The notes: generated from the sequence alone by a model not told the origin. DNA of 63,959 nt, filler included, from Basidiobolus ranarum (GCA_040143965.1; 55 parts of 55 records of this genome joined end to end with filler, not necessarily neighbours in it), one strand, 5' to 3'. Counted from the whole stretch's first letter, positions 11,590 through 24,525 are shown. A program made the numbers and translations.

Positions 11590-12600
11590 NNNNNNNNNNN
11601 NNNNNNNNNNNNNNNNNNNNNNNNNNNNNNNNNTTAATTAATTAANNNNNNNNNNNNNNNNNNNNNNNNNNNNNNNNNNNNNNNNNNNNATTCACCCATA
11701 TCAGTCATCTCAAACTGGCTTGACAGGCTTCTTTTCATTTTTTTCAGTGTTTCCAGATTGTATATGGCTACAATTATGTTGTCCACTTATAGAGCCAAGA
11801 TAAGGATCCTATTTCCAGTTGTTTTGATGTAAATTCTGTGATCTGCTGTGCATTTATGGATAAGCCAATGCATACCGCAGCAAATCAATCTCAAGCCCCA
11901 ACTCATGCTGGCCAAGGTAGAGGAACTTCAGCAGCATCAAACCAACCAATTCTGTGCAGAGGTTCAAGCAAAGTTCCTTCCATGGAAATATAAAGGAGAT
12001 AATAACAGTAACAGAAGCAAATCAGCATGTACTGCTTCAAACCTAGGCAATTGCTAAATACTCTTGCTAATACTTACATTATCCTATCTTTATTGTTTAG
12101 TGCATCATGCACAATAGATATGGATCACAGTTGAATATAGTGTAAATTGCTTTGGTTAGATCACAATTGCTTATGTGTTTATGAAACATTGATAGTATGC
12201 AATTGTCATATATCAAAAATCAATGATAGCCTATTAATACAAGCAATTTCACTACAATCAAATGAAAAATGTCCGCCAATAAAAAGCTTGCACAGCCATA
12301 TTGGCTTGATATGGCTCAATCCATTCACATTTTCACCAAATTAGAAGCTTACATGATTGAATGAATTATTTGCCAATCTAAAAATGATGAATCAAGCGAT
12401 CCTGATCACTACTATCATACTGCCTATCAATCCATCATTGAGTGCTATGATTTGTCACTAGTGTGTCAAACTACTGGTGTTTTGTAATGCAAGAGCTATT
12501 ATGCCCAGTTGAAAATTAGGATACTATGTTAGTGAGGGACAAATGATTGCCATAAAAACATGTGAATGTCTCGGTTGTATATTTAATTGAGTAAGTTTTT

Positions 12601-12757
12601 TGTAGTGGAGCAGTATGCCAAGATCAGAACATGACAGTATCCCCTTCTTTAGTGATGGCTTCAAGCCATCATAGGGCCAGGTTTTTCTGGGTAGGCTTCA
12701 TGAAACTCCTGGCAAAGTTCCTTGGAATTGGAAAGATTTGTTGCTGCCTCCCATGAT
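12601..12757 (-). mobile_element. Chromovirus integrase chromodomain end, PPT (AAAGAAGGGG) and 3' LTR start (TGTCATG at 12636)
   Basis: Minus strand reads SWEAATNLSNSKELCQEFHEAYPEKPGPMMA*; the same LTR start occurs at ~38380. Confidence 0.88.
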
Positions 12758-13065
12758 NNNNNNNNNNNNNNNNNNNNNNNNNNNNNNNNNNNNNNNNNNN
12801 NTTAATTAATTAANNNNNNNNNNNNNNNNNNNNNNNNNNNNNNNNNNNNNNNNNNNNCTTGGATAATGTTTCGTATGGATCTTGTTGATTAGCATCGGAT
12901 TGCGTATAATTACTCATGTTTTAGAACGATTACTATGTTATGTGTTGATTTGTATGTACAGGAAATTTTGTTAGTTCGATGATGGGACAATCCATTTCTT
13001 TTATATGTTAAGCATGTTCCCCATCGACGCTTATAGAGTATTCTCAATTGGTCGAGCGTGATCGT

Positions 13066-13098
13066 GAATGTTCTTGAAAATTGTTGAATATTCTCGAC
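13066..13098. promoter_or_regulatory. Distal heat-shock element of HSP104 (7 phased nGAAn units, 2 imperfect)
   Basis: GAA tg TTC tt GAA aa TTG tt GAA ta TTC tc GAC. Confidence 0.85.
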
Positions 13099-13306
13099 AT
13101 ATTATCAATGGATTTGAACCTATTGACTTTTATGGACTGTGATTGGTCAGATGAGTGTACGTACCTTGCCTGGTGGTGACGTCAATGCATTAGCTAGGTA
13201 TATTGAATGGTCACCTTCATCACTTAATCAGTATATATGTTCAGCACGTGGTAACGGGATAGCACACATGCAAGATAAATGAAGAACATTCAATCATTAT
13301 ACCAGA

Positions 13307-13387
13307 TTCTGGAATCTTCGAAACGTATCCAGTAGGCAGTAGAACTTATTAAATACAAGAAAAGGATACCTCGATCTCATATAAATA
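13307..13387 (+). promoter_or_regulatory. Proximal HSE (TTCtgGAAtcTTC) and TATA box (TATAAATA at 13380) of HSP104
   Basis: Perfect 3-unit HSE ~60 nt upstream of the TATA. CRE TGACGTCA (~13177) and CACGTG (~13245) lie further upstream. Confidence 0.8.
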
Positions 13388-13442
13388 GACCAATACTTCT
13401 CTCCAGCATAACAAACAATTACATCTATATACATATTAAACA

Positions 13443-13925
13443 ATGAATGCCGATAAATTTACCGAAAAAACTCTCAAACTAATTTCCGCCTCTGTAGACC
13501 TAGCTCGTGAACATGGTCACATACAGCTATCACCAATACACATAGCCTGTGCTCTGTTTAGCGACTCGGACAACTTTCTGAAGATGATTATTCAAAAAGC
13601 TGGAGGTGACCCAACCGTCCCTGAACGTACATTTAAGCGTTTACTATCTAAACTCCCGTCTCAAAGTCCTCCTCCTGAGCCGACTCTCTCACCACAAGCG
13701 TTACAAGTTATCCAAGAAGCTCAAAAAATCCAGAAAGAGAACGGTGACAGTCACGTCTCCATAGATGTACTAATTCGCGCACTAGCAAAACAAAAGGCGA
13801 TTTCAGATGCTCTTTTAGATGCTGGTGTAAGCAAACAAACTCTCGAATCTACGCTTGCTAAAGTCCGTGGAAATCGTAAAGTAGATAGTGCTACTACTGA
13901 AAATTCCTACGAAGCATTATCCAAA
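13443..13925 (+). CDS. HSP104: Hsp104/ClpB disaggregase N-terminal domain (truncated by contig end)
   Basis: MNADKFTEKT...AREHGHIQLSPIHIA...GDSHVSIDVL...VRGNRKVDSATTENSYEALSK; intact, CpG-retaining, HSE-containing promoter. Confidence 0.95.
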
Positions 13926-14025
13926 NNNNNNNNNNNNNNNNNNNNNNNNNNNNNNNNNNNNNNNNNNNNTTAATTAATTAANNNNNNNNNNNNNNNNNNN
14001 NNNNNNNNNNNNNNNNNNNNNNNNN

Positions 14026-15093
14026 CTATCAACTTGATACTTAACTTTAAATACCAATTTGTGTCCAATTGATTTTTGGTCATCAGGTAACTTAACCATA
14101 GTCCAAGTTTGGTTATCTATGAGTGAGTGATACTCCTCCACCATTGCAGCACTCCAAAACTTTGTGTTGGGACTCTCCATAGCCTCCTGTACTGATTTGA
14201 GCTCACCAGAAAAGTCTTAATTAGCACTAGGCTCCTTTTTGCTAGTGTGAGAGTAGTAAGCAGGTGGAGATCTCCTCATATTGGATATCCTAAGATGGGA
14301 AATTGGCACTACATCTCCTGGTACCAATTGGGACAATGAAACTACCTCAGGCTTGGTTGAGGGGACTGCAGTTGAAGAGTTTTCAATGTTTTTCTCACTG
14401 ATCAGCATCTGGTGGGAGAAAGAAGAATTTTCATCAATTTTTGGTTGTTTTTCTTTATCCTAGATTCTTTTGATTGAAAATTTTTGTTCTTCCACAAATT
14501 CCATGCCCCTTGACTTGATTAGCCTCACATTTTCAGTGTCATAAAGTCCATACTCTTTTGTTCCATCACAATATTCCAAAAAAGACATTTCTGGCTTTTT
14601 TGGTTAAATTTTGATCTCTTCTGGTCTGGAAGCAATACATATGTGGTACTTCCAAAATCTCTGAGATTAGCCACAGCAGGTTTACTTCCAAACCAAGCTT
14701 GATAAGGTGTCATAGCCAATAGAGACCCAGAAGGAAATATATTCCTTATATGTACTGCAGTTGCAACCAATTCAGCCCAGAACTGTTTTGGTAAATCCTG
14801 ATCATGCAGCATTGATCTTCCGATTTCCATCATTGATCTGCTTGCATGTTTTGCTATTCCATTCTGCTGTGGAGAATATGGAACTGTTGTCTGCTGTTTC
14901 ATCCCTTGTGTTGAGCATAAGTTAGAGAAGTGTTTTGAGGTATATTCCCCTCCATTATCAGAACAGATAATCTTAATCTGAAGACCAGTTTCAATCTCCA
15001 CCATTGCTTTGAATATCTTGAAGATATTAAAGACTTAATCCATAATGGCCAGAAAGTACACCCAACTATACTTTGTCTCATCATCAATAAAGT
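14026..15093 (-). mobile_element. Copia A integrase, linker and RT start (degenerate)
   Basis: SDNGGEY, PQQNG and WSAAMVEEYHSL motifs. Confidence 0.93.
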
Positions 15094-15193
15094 NNNNNNN
15101 NNNNNNNNNNNNNNNNNNNNNNNNNNNNNNNNNNNNNTTAATTAATTAANNNNNNNNNNNNNNNNNNNNNNNNNNNNNNNNNNNNNNNNNNNN

Positions 15194-15637
15194 CAAGTTG
15201 ATAAAAGTAGTGGTAGCGGTTTCTGTCATGCTGTAAAGGTTAGAACACAGGCTCATAACCTATTGGGAAATTATGGCTGATTAGTGAAACTTTAGAAAAG
15301 TGGAGTTGTGAATAGCTTTGTGAGAAAATTGTTTATTGTCCAGAAATAAAGCATTTATACTTTTTGGTGGAAATACAGAAAACTAACACTGGCGTTGTGT
15401 TCAGAACATCTGTGGGGAGAAAATGAACTATCTTTGGGGCAATTTGGTTGAGTTTGAAACTTCCAATATGGATTTGTTAATTCTCACATTATTCATATAT
15501 GTAAATAATATATGTTCCAATTTTCAGCTGAGTGATATTTGACCTAGTAATGTTAACTTACTTATATGTAATATAGGAAATTGTTAGGTGTATCAAGATA
15601 GAGATAACAAATATGATAAAGACAATAAACTTCAATA
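15194..15637 (-). mobile_element. Copia A 5' LTR (15261-15637), PBS and gag start (ATG at 15229)
   Basis: TATTG...CAATA LTR, then GGTTATGAGCC, then MTET. Confidence 0.9.
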
Positions 15638-16260
15638 GTATTATTGTTTTAGCCATGGGATAATCTATTCAAGCATTGACATATCGACTGGTGGCAAGAT
15701 ATTTGTTGACTGCAAGTCAGGGATATATTGGCAGAATTCTTTATGGAAATTTGCCAAAATCCAAGAGCTTATTCTCGTTGTGAACAGTAACATGAGTCAG
15801 CTATTTGCCAAGTGTCAGTGCTATTCAAAATTTCAGATGTTTAGCAATTTTTCCACCCTTAGTTTGCTGGTAAAGCATATTGATGTTGTGGAGTTATGTC
15901 TGATCAGTCAAATATGTGCATATGTAGAGACAAAACACAACAAGATTCTTGTATTTTTTGATTCTTATTTTGGCTGGAATATAAAGCCTCAAATATCTAA
16001 ATAAAGGCATGCATATTAATTAGAATTCCTACAGCAGTAAACCTAGTAATTTGCCATTCAAAAATTAGGTTTTTGCAAAAATTGCTGCATATTGAGTAAT
16101 GCATGCCAAATTTGTGGATTAATATATTAATGTGTATGAATACTGTCAAAATACCATCAAGAAACCACCATCACACCATCAAAATTCCTGGCAGAATGCA
16201 AGCCACCACTATTGGAATGGTTCTCTGATGGTTTGCTATTCAGGAAGGTGGATCCAATCC
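15638..16260 (+). mobile_element. CACTA region running toward terminus A
   Basis: Largely the reverse complement of 39900-40545. Confidence 0.8.
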
Positions 16261-16360
16261 NNNNNNNNNNNNNNNNNNNNNNNNNNNNNNNNNNNNNNNN
16301 NNNNTTAATTAATTAANNNNNNNNNNNNNNNNNNNNNNNNNNNNNNNNNNNNNNNNNNNN

Positions 16361-17427
16361 ACGTGCTTTCTCTATTAAAGTCCTATTCATCCTTTCTGCA
16401 ACTCCATTTTGTTCTGCACTATATGGAATAGTAAATTGCTGCTGAATTCCCTTTTCTTGACAAAAGCTAGTCATAGCTTCATTGCTAAATTCAGTCCATT
16501 TTCACTGCATAGGTATTTGATTTTTCTTCCTGTTATGGTTGTGACCATTGCTTCATATATTTTGAAATATTGAAATGCTTCTCCTTTGCTCAACAGAAGA
16601 TATGAAACTGTGAAGTGCAATTTATCATCAATAACGATGAGTAAATATCATTGCTTACTTGGTGTAAGAGTTTGCATTGGGCGCCATAAGTCTGTATGAA
16701 TAAGATCCAAAAAATCTTTGGCTTTGCTAGCTCCTTCTTTTGGAAATGGTTTTCTGGTAATTTTCCCTTGAATACAGCTTTCACATTTAGTAATATCTGA
16801 GGGCTTAAGATCTAATCCAGTACAGAGGCTATTTTTATATAATAGTTTAACACTATCATAGTTTAGATGACCCAAGCACTGATGCCAAGACATCAAGTTT
16901 TCCAGAAGTAATTGTTGCAAAGTTAGAAACAGCCTCAGTTATTGGTGGAATATCCAGGTGATATAGATTCCCAAATCTTGTTCCAGTTGCTACTATCAAG
17001 TCCTTTGATTTGTATATGGTTGCTTTTCCTTTGCTTAATTTGACATCATAATGTTTTTTTTCAATTGCTCCAATTGAAAACACATTTGTTGTCAATGATG
17101 GAATATATAAGACATCTTCCAAGGTTACCGTTACACTTTTGGTTTTACTTATTTGTAAGTCAAGTGTGACCTTTCCCATTCCATATGCACCCAGCTTGTT
17201 TCTTGCAGCTACCATGATGTCCAGAGGTTCTATTTCCTTTTAGTCATGTATTATGTTTCTATTGTGACACATATGATCACTTGCACCAGTATCCAGAATC
17301 CATACATCAGCAGAGTCATTTCCTGATTTAGAAGTTGCCATAAGTACATAGTGTTCATTTCCTCTTTTAGTGATGTTATATACTTCCTTTTTCTTTGAAA
17401 CCCATTTCTTCTTTGGTCTGCAGTAAG
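16361..17427 (-). mobile_element. Copia family B protease, GAG-pre-integrase and integrase (degenerate)
   Basis: WILDTGASDHM, WHQCLGHL, CESCIQGK and IHTDLW motifs. Confidence 0.93.
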
Positions 17428-17527
17428 NNNNNNNNNNNNNNNNNNNNNNNNNNNNNNNNNNNNNNNNNNNNTTAATTAATTAANNNNNNNNNNNNNNNNN
17501 NNNNNNNNNNNNNNNNNNNNNNNNNNN

Positions 17528-18594
17528 ATCTATTCCTACTATATACTGCAGTTGCAACCACTTCAGCCCAGAACTATTTTGGTAAATCTTGATCATGAAG
17601 TATTGATCTTGCCTTTTCCATTATTGATCTGTTTGCATGATCTGCTACTCCATGCTGTTGTGGAGAATAGGGCACTGTAGTCTGCTGTTCTATCCCATAT
17701 GTTGAGCAGAAGGTAGAGAAGAGTTTTGAGGTATATTCCCCTCGATTATCAGTATAGATGATCTTAATCTTTAGACCTTTTTAATTCTCCACCATTGCTT
17801 TGAATTTCTTGAAAGTATCAAAGGCTTCATTCTTGCTGGCCAGAAAGTACACCCAAGTATACTTTGTCTTATCATCAATAAAGGTCATAAAATACCTTTT
17901 TCCACCTTAGGATTTTGTCGGCATTGGGCCACACAGCTCTGAGTGTATCAGGCCCAATTTATGATCAATTTTGCTCATTCAAGGGCTCACAAATGGCTGT
18001 CTGTGTTGCCTACCATATAGGCAACATTCAAATAGCTTGAGATCTGGTGAAATTATGAAATTTAGTCCCAAAACCATGTTGTTTTTGGTTAAATTTCTTA
18101 TATTTTCAGCTCCTAGATGACCCAATCTCCTATGTCAGATTTTCCACTCTATCTCTTCAGCTGTGGCAGTATTAACTTGTTCATATATTGGCATAATAGA
18201 ATGAAGTTTATACAAGTTATTTTGCCTAGCTCAAAAAGCTACATAATTCCCTTTTACATCCCTGATTGTACAGCCATTTTGATCAAAACTAAAGCTATAT
18301 TCCTCAGATGTAGGTTTACTTACTGATAACAAATTTTTTGCTATCCCAGGCACATATGGCATGTTTTCCAGTGTGAAATACATGTCCCCAGAGATGGCCC
18401 CACGATCCACTTCAATATCTCCTACTCCAAGAGCTTCTAGTGGCCAGTCATCTCCCATGTACACCCTCCTGTTTAAGTTAGTTTTGAGTGTCTGAAACCA
18501 GTTTTTTTGATTAGAGAAAGGTGAGAGGCTCCAGAATCAATATACCACAACCTACAGTCATGTTCAGAGGTCACTGATAGGGCAGAAATGAATA
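17528..18594 (-). mobile_element. Copia A protease to integrase (degenerate)
   Basis: YVPGIAKNLLSV motif; aligns with 1171-1780. Confidence 0.9.
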
Positions 18595-19324
18595 NNNNNN
18601 NNNNNNNNNNNNNNNNNNNNNNNNNNNNNNNNNNNNNNTTAATTAATTAANNNNNNNNNNNNNNNNNNNNNNNNNNNNNNNNNNNNNNNNNNNNGCTCCA
18701 ATAAGCTGCTAGTACAGCCCTATTATTCATCTAATAGTCTTACCTAGGCTTGGATTCCTGTCTTGGCACTCTGTTTCTATTGACATTGTTTGTTTATCTT
18801 TGTGCCCTATTCCCGTCACTTTCTTGATACCAAGTCAAGATCTTTGATTGATTCTTCTTTTGCTGTATGAGTGAGATAATCATTCCAAGAGTTTACCTGA
18901 TTATTGTCACAGAATCTGAAATAATCTTAATAAATAATCGAAGCTAAGGTCACATCGAAATCAATCCCAAAATCACGTCTACTCATAAATCAAACAATAT
19001 GTTTTGGACAATGGTGAACCTGAGCCAATAGTTGTAGAACATTATTAATTTCTTTTCATTGAAATGATTGCATAGAAGCTTTTCAACCTTTACACTTTGT
19101 ACAACCTTATAACTACGGTTTTTATCAAGTTACTTATATTGACTTGAAACCGGCCAGGTGACAAAATACTTATGGTCATTAAGGATCAGCTCGTTGCAGG
19201 TGTACTAGTTGGAGGCGTCGCAAGACGTTTTCATTCTTAGCACCAATACGTAACGTTCAGATCTGACGACTGTCACCGACGAACGCAGGAACTTGGATGC
19301 GGGCGCAAGCCCAACTCTTAATTC

Positions 19325-19358
19325 TTGATCTCAAATCAGGTAGGATTACCCGCTGAAC

Positions 19359-19391
<33 letters not shown>

Positions 19392-19659
19392 AACAAGGAT
19401 TCCCCTAGTAACGGCGAGTGAAGCGGGAAGAGCTCAAATTTAAAATCTGTAAGGTTCAACCTTGCCGAGTTGTAGTTTGAAGAAGTGTTTTCCGCGGCGG
19501 CTGCAGTACAAATCCTTTGGAACAGGGTATCAGAGAGGGTGAGAATCCCGTCTTTGACTGCAGACTAGTTGCACTGTGATACACTTTCTAAGAGTCGAGT
19601 TGTTTGGGAATGCAGCTCAAAATGGGTGGTAAATTTCATCTAAAGCTAAATATTGGCAA

Positions 19660-19693
<34 letters not shown>

Positions 19694-19761
19694 ATGAAAA
19701 GAACTTTGAAAAGAGAGTTAAATAGTACGTGAAATTGTTAAAAGGGAAACGCTTGAAGGCA
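19325..19761 (+). rRNA. 28S (LSU) rRNA 5' end including D1, preceded by the ITS2 3' part (~19180-19324)
   Basis: ACCCGCTGAACTTAAGCATATCAATAAGCGGAGGAAAAG (LR0R/ITS4 sites) and GAGTCGAGTTGTTTGGGAATGCAGC. Confidence 0.98.
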
Positions 19762-20024
19762 NNNNNNNNNNNNNNNNNNNNNNNNNNNNNNNNNNNNNNN
19801 NNNNNTTAATTAATTAANNNNNNNNNNNNNNNNNNNNNNNNNNNNNNNNNNNNNNNNNNNNATAGTTAGTCAGGTGATAGGTCACATGATAAAGTCACTG
19901 GATAAGGTCAGGTGACTAGTTAGTAATAATGATAAACTAAACAGATATTCATGCAAGTTGTATAGATATGGCATAAGTTAAACAACTTTGTATGTTGGTG
20001 CACAATAATTACTATGTTAACAAG

Positions 20025-20927
20025 TCTCAAAACTGCGCCTGTGCCTGCACAGCTCAAATACATGAACCCCAGACTGTAACAGAGGGTGTGAATGGCCCTC
20101 ACACAAAGTTTTGGAGATCTGCAATAGCTATTGAGTATCAGGCTTGGATTGATGATCAAACTTAGATTTTAACCAACTAACCTGATGATAGACAATCAAT
20201 TGGCGGCCAATGGATGTTTGAAGTTAGCTACAACTTTGATGGTAATACAGAAAGATACAAGGCTAGACTAGTAACCTAAGGCTACTCCTAAGCACCAGGA
20301 ATAGATTATACAGAAACTTTTGCTCCTGTAGCAAAGTTTAATTCAATTAGACTGATTTTAGTAATTTCAGCTAAATATGAGTTTATTATACAACAAGTGG
20401 ATGTTGAAGCTGTTTTTGGAGAGGGGAGCTTGCTGAGAGGATTTTTATGGACCAGCCAGACAGATTTGTGGACCTAGAAAAAAGAAAATGTTTGCAGACT
20501 CTGGAATACACACTATGGCTTAAAACAATCTCCAAGAGCTTGGAATAGCAAGATAGATGCTTTTTTGGAAACACTCAAATTTCAAAAGAGCAATGCTGAC
20601 TTAAACATCTATTTTGTGCCAGACAAGACAAACCCAGCTCTATTAGCCTTGTATGAAGATGACCTTATTGTAGCAACCAATGACTTGAAGACATTGGAGA
20701 AAACCAAATCCAGCTTATCTGCTGAATTCAAAATGACAAATCTTGGCAAACTGAGATACTATCTTGGAGTTCAAATTAAGATAGATAGAACTACCAAAAC
20801 AATAACTTTAAGCCAGTCTAAGTATATTGTAGATGTACTAAATTAGTTTAAAATGGAAGAATGTAATCCAGTATCTATCCGAATGTAGACAAATCTTAAC
20901 TTGACCAAAAATGACTCATAGCTGCGA
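20025..20927 (+). mobile_element. Copia reverse transcriptase (degenerate)
   Basis: RYKARLV, YTETFAPVAK, YGLKQSPRAW, ALYEDDL and MTNLG motifs. Confidence 0.93.
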
Positions 20928-21027
20928 NNNNNNNNNNNNNNNNNNNNNNNNNNNNNNNNNNNNNNNNNNNNTTAATTAATTAANNNNNNNNNNNNNNNNN
21001 NNNNNNNNNNNNNNNNNNNNNNNNNNN

Positions 21028-21939
21028 AAAATCAACTCCTGAAGTCTGGGAATAGCCTTTTGCAACTAATCTTGCTTTGGGCCTTTCAATGGATCCATCA
21101 GCTTGTTTTTGACTTTGTAGACCCATTTAAAACCTATTGGCTTTATCACTGATGGAAGCGGACTTAAAACCCACGTTTTATTGTCCTGAAGTGAAGAAAG
21201 CTCATCTGACACTGCTTTTTCCCATAATTTTGATTCTGGACCCTCCAAAGCTTGATCTAGAGTCTGTGGCTTATCACAGAATGCATCATAAGCATATACA
21301 GCATCATTGGAAGTGTTCTATCAGATTGCTGGCTTGTTTCTCCTTCTTGATGATCTTCTGGGTCCTGAATCATTCTTTGATGTAATTGGAACCAATATTT
21401 CTGTTGAAAAGGGCTCAGATACAGCTGGAGTTTTGTGAGACACTTAGTGTTGATTGTGTTTTTTGGATCAAGAACTGTTATTTGAGGTGAAAAGGTTGCT
21501 TTTTCATCAAAAATCACATCTCTGCACTTAATTGACTTCTGGTTTTTGTTATCTAACAGTCTGTAGGCCACAGATCCATCAAAATAACCAAGAAATTTGC
21601 ATTTTCTGCTTTTAGGCTCCAATTTTGAGCATTTTTGAGCTGGAATTAGGCAATATGCTGCGCAACCAAAGATCCTGTGATGATCCACACTTAGTTTCAA
21701 TCCATATAGGGCTTCAAATGGAGTTGAATGTTGTAGCAATCTTGCTAGGCATTTCTTTTTGATATAGACTACAGTGGAGACAGATTCAGCCCAATATTGA
21801 TAATCAAACTTTTGATCATGTAATATTGATCTTGCCATCTCCACTATAGTCCTATCAGCATGTTCTGCAACTCCATTTTGCTGTGAAATATAAGGTACAG
21901 TAGTTTGTTGCTTAATTCCATGTTTAGAGCAAAAACTAG
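21028..21939 (-). mobile_element. Copia integrase to RT start (degenerate)
   Basis: MEMARSIL, SKLEPKSRKCKFLGY and WEKAVSDELSSL motifs. Confidence 0.93.
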
Positions 21940-22093
21940 CCCTAACAAAAATAAAATCAATTTGATCCGGATCGAATCCACCCTCCGAAATATCAAAACC
22001 GTCAGAGAACCGTCACAATATTGTTGGCTTGCATTCTGCCAGGGATTTTGATGGTGTGACGGCGGTTTCTTGACGGTATCTTGGCGGTATTCA
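21940..22093 (+). mobile_element. CACTA terminus A, young CpG-retaining copy
   Basis: CCCTAACAAAAAT followed by direct ACCGTCA and inverted TGACGG repeats. Confidence 0.9.
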
Positions 22094-23968
22094 NNNNNNN
22101 NNNNNNNNNNNNNNNNNNNNNNNNNNNNNNNNNNNNNTTAATTAATTAANNNNNNNNNNNNNNNNNNNNNNNNNNNNNNNNNNNNNNNNNNNNTGCTTCT
22201 GTTACTTTTGTTGGCTCCTTGATATTTCCACGGAAGGAACTTTGCTTAAACCTCTGTGCTGAGTTGGTCAGTTTGATCCTGCTGAAGTTCCTCTGTCTTG
22301 GCCAGCATGAGTTGTGGCTTGAGGTCAATGTGCTGTGGTCTGCATTGGCCCATCTGGTCTAGTTTGCGGTTTGTTTGTATCTGTTCATGCTTTCAATCCT
22401 CATGAGTCTTATTGTATATTTTCTTGCCAACTTCTCAAGGCATGAAGATATAGTATTCACTCCAAAGCAGAGTCAAAAGTTACTTCCACTTTTGTCTAAT
22501 GCTCCCTTCCCCAGCTTCTGTCACATTTGTCAATAACTCCCATATATCCAAGCAAGAATTCATATTGGATACCTGGGCATCTGTAAAATCATTAGGCACA
22601 TGCTGCTTTGCACCACCAACACCTTCATTTGACTGCATGCGCAAAATTTTGGAAGTGGTGGTTTCCTGAACAAAAGTAGGTTGTGAATCAGTAACAATCT
22701 GTTTTGACATGATATGTAATTACCATATATATCCATGATGTCAGACTTTATTGGTTTCAATCAGAATTAGGGATCTTTCAATATTATTGGTTAAAATGTC
22801 AAAGTTAATTTCCTATAGTGTGATCAAGCATAATGCATTCGGCTTTAAGCCGTTTTAATATATATGCTGAATAAATTGATTTGGATTGAGCTACGATTAA
22901 CTGAGCTGATGCAGTTCATTTCATAATTTCCATGCAATTACACATAATTGAAATAATTAGGATAATAAATGCAAACAGAAAATTTGTTTTACAGAATGTA
23001 GGGAGTTATACCATCTTAATTGAGATTGTTAGATAAATAACTTGCACGCACCAGATCAACCAGTATTGTGCCAACTCAATACAAGATTAATATCATGCTC
23101 TCCATCTACTCTAAATAGTCATACCTCATTAATCCAAAAGCAACTACTGGCTTTCCTATCACTACCCTAGAAGATATATTTGAGAAATACTGTGGCTCAT
23201 TTACTCCAATACCTACCAGAAAGCAGCTAGTCAATTTGTTTTGTTACAACAAAAACTATNNNNNNNNNNNNNNNNNNNNNNNNNNNNNNNNNNNNNNNNN
23301 NNNTTAATTAATTAANNNNNNNNNNNNNNNNNNNNNNNNNNNNNNNNNNNNNNNNNNNNGAACTTAAATCGGAAACACTCAAACTATTTCCATCAGTTTA
23401 AATCAGATAATATCTAAGCACCCCACAAATAGCAAAATACATGAAATCTGTATCCTATAAATCTGTATCCAATATTTGTAACTTCAGTGTCTTCTTTATC
23501 TCTTTACCAACCCAAAAACCATGATATCATTCAGTTGAAGTATGTTCATACACATTATTCCAATCTTGTTACATCCAAGTATATCACACATCTTATTCAA
23601 GTTACACTCTCGTAGTCCCTTATTGTTAATTGAAAAATAAAAATTTCATTCAGTACAAATGTGACGACCCCAAAAAAGTTAAACTCAAAATTTCAAATTT
23701 GTCTAAATCAATCCCAGTATTGCTTCTTTTACTCCTGCACATGTTTGAATTTCAATTGTCTAAGCAATAGTACTTCTTCATGCTCTAGATAACCCCAATG
23801 CCCAAAAGTCCCTTGTGAAATCCTGGGTTCCTTTATAGGTAGAGGGCCACTATTTTAACCTTTATGCTATGACAGAAATTGCTATTTTACTAAGTAGAAG
23901 TGCTACAGATCCTGTTTGCAGGGTGGGTTCTTGGATTATTCTATTAAATATATATTGGAAGTGAATAA

Positions 23969-24297
23969 TGTTGAAATTAGCATTGCCTAAACACCTATAT
24001 TGTCATATATAGCTTAGTACTTAGTTTTCTTATAATTCACTAAGATATTGTCCATTATTCTCATGAGGAATTTACTTAGAAGTTCTCAGATATATAGATT
24101 TTGATAACTTGTGCTAGAAGCACCAAACTTTGCACACATGTTTCAGGGACCTTTCATAACATATTTTACATGTTAGTTTGTTTACTTCTTGACAAAACTA
24201 TGAATGTCAACTGAATACTCAATAAATCAATAAGTGAAAGCCACCAATTTTTCTAATTCTCCAAACCACTTCTAACAGGCTCCCAAATACTTTAACA
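23969..24297 (+). mobile_element. Solo LTR, copia family C, with 5-bp TSD AATAA
   Basis: TGTTGAAA...TTTAACA flanked by AATAA on both sides; the same LTR follows a PPT at 49217. Confidence 0.9.
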
Positions 24298-24525
24298 AAT
24301 AAAGGTTGATCACCATGAAAACATATAGAATAGTGAAGTTGCCCTTTCTATACTCAGGTTAGCAAATATATAGACTATACCACCAAGCTACCAGACCCAC
24401 ATATTATTCCAATCTTAGAGCTTTANNNNNNNNNNNNNNNNNNNNNNNNNNNNNNNNNNNNNNNNNNNNTTAATTAATTAANNNNNNNNNNNNNNNNNNN
24501 NNNNNNNNNNNNNNNNNNNNNNNNN

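Noticed and set aside
24278-24290. GGCTCCCAA as a PBS of LTR C
   Set aside because: The equivalent sequence is also in the 3' LTR near 49544 and lies inside the TSD-defined LTR.
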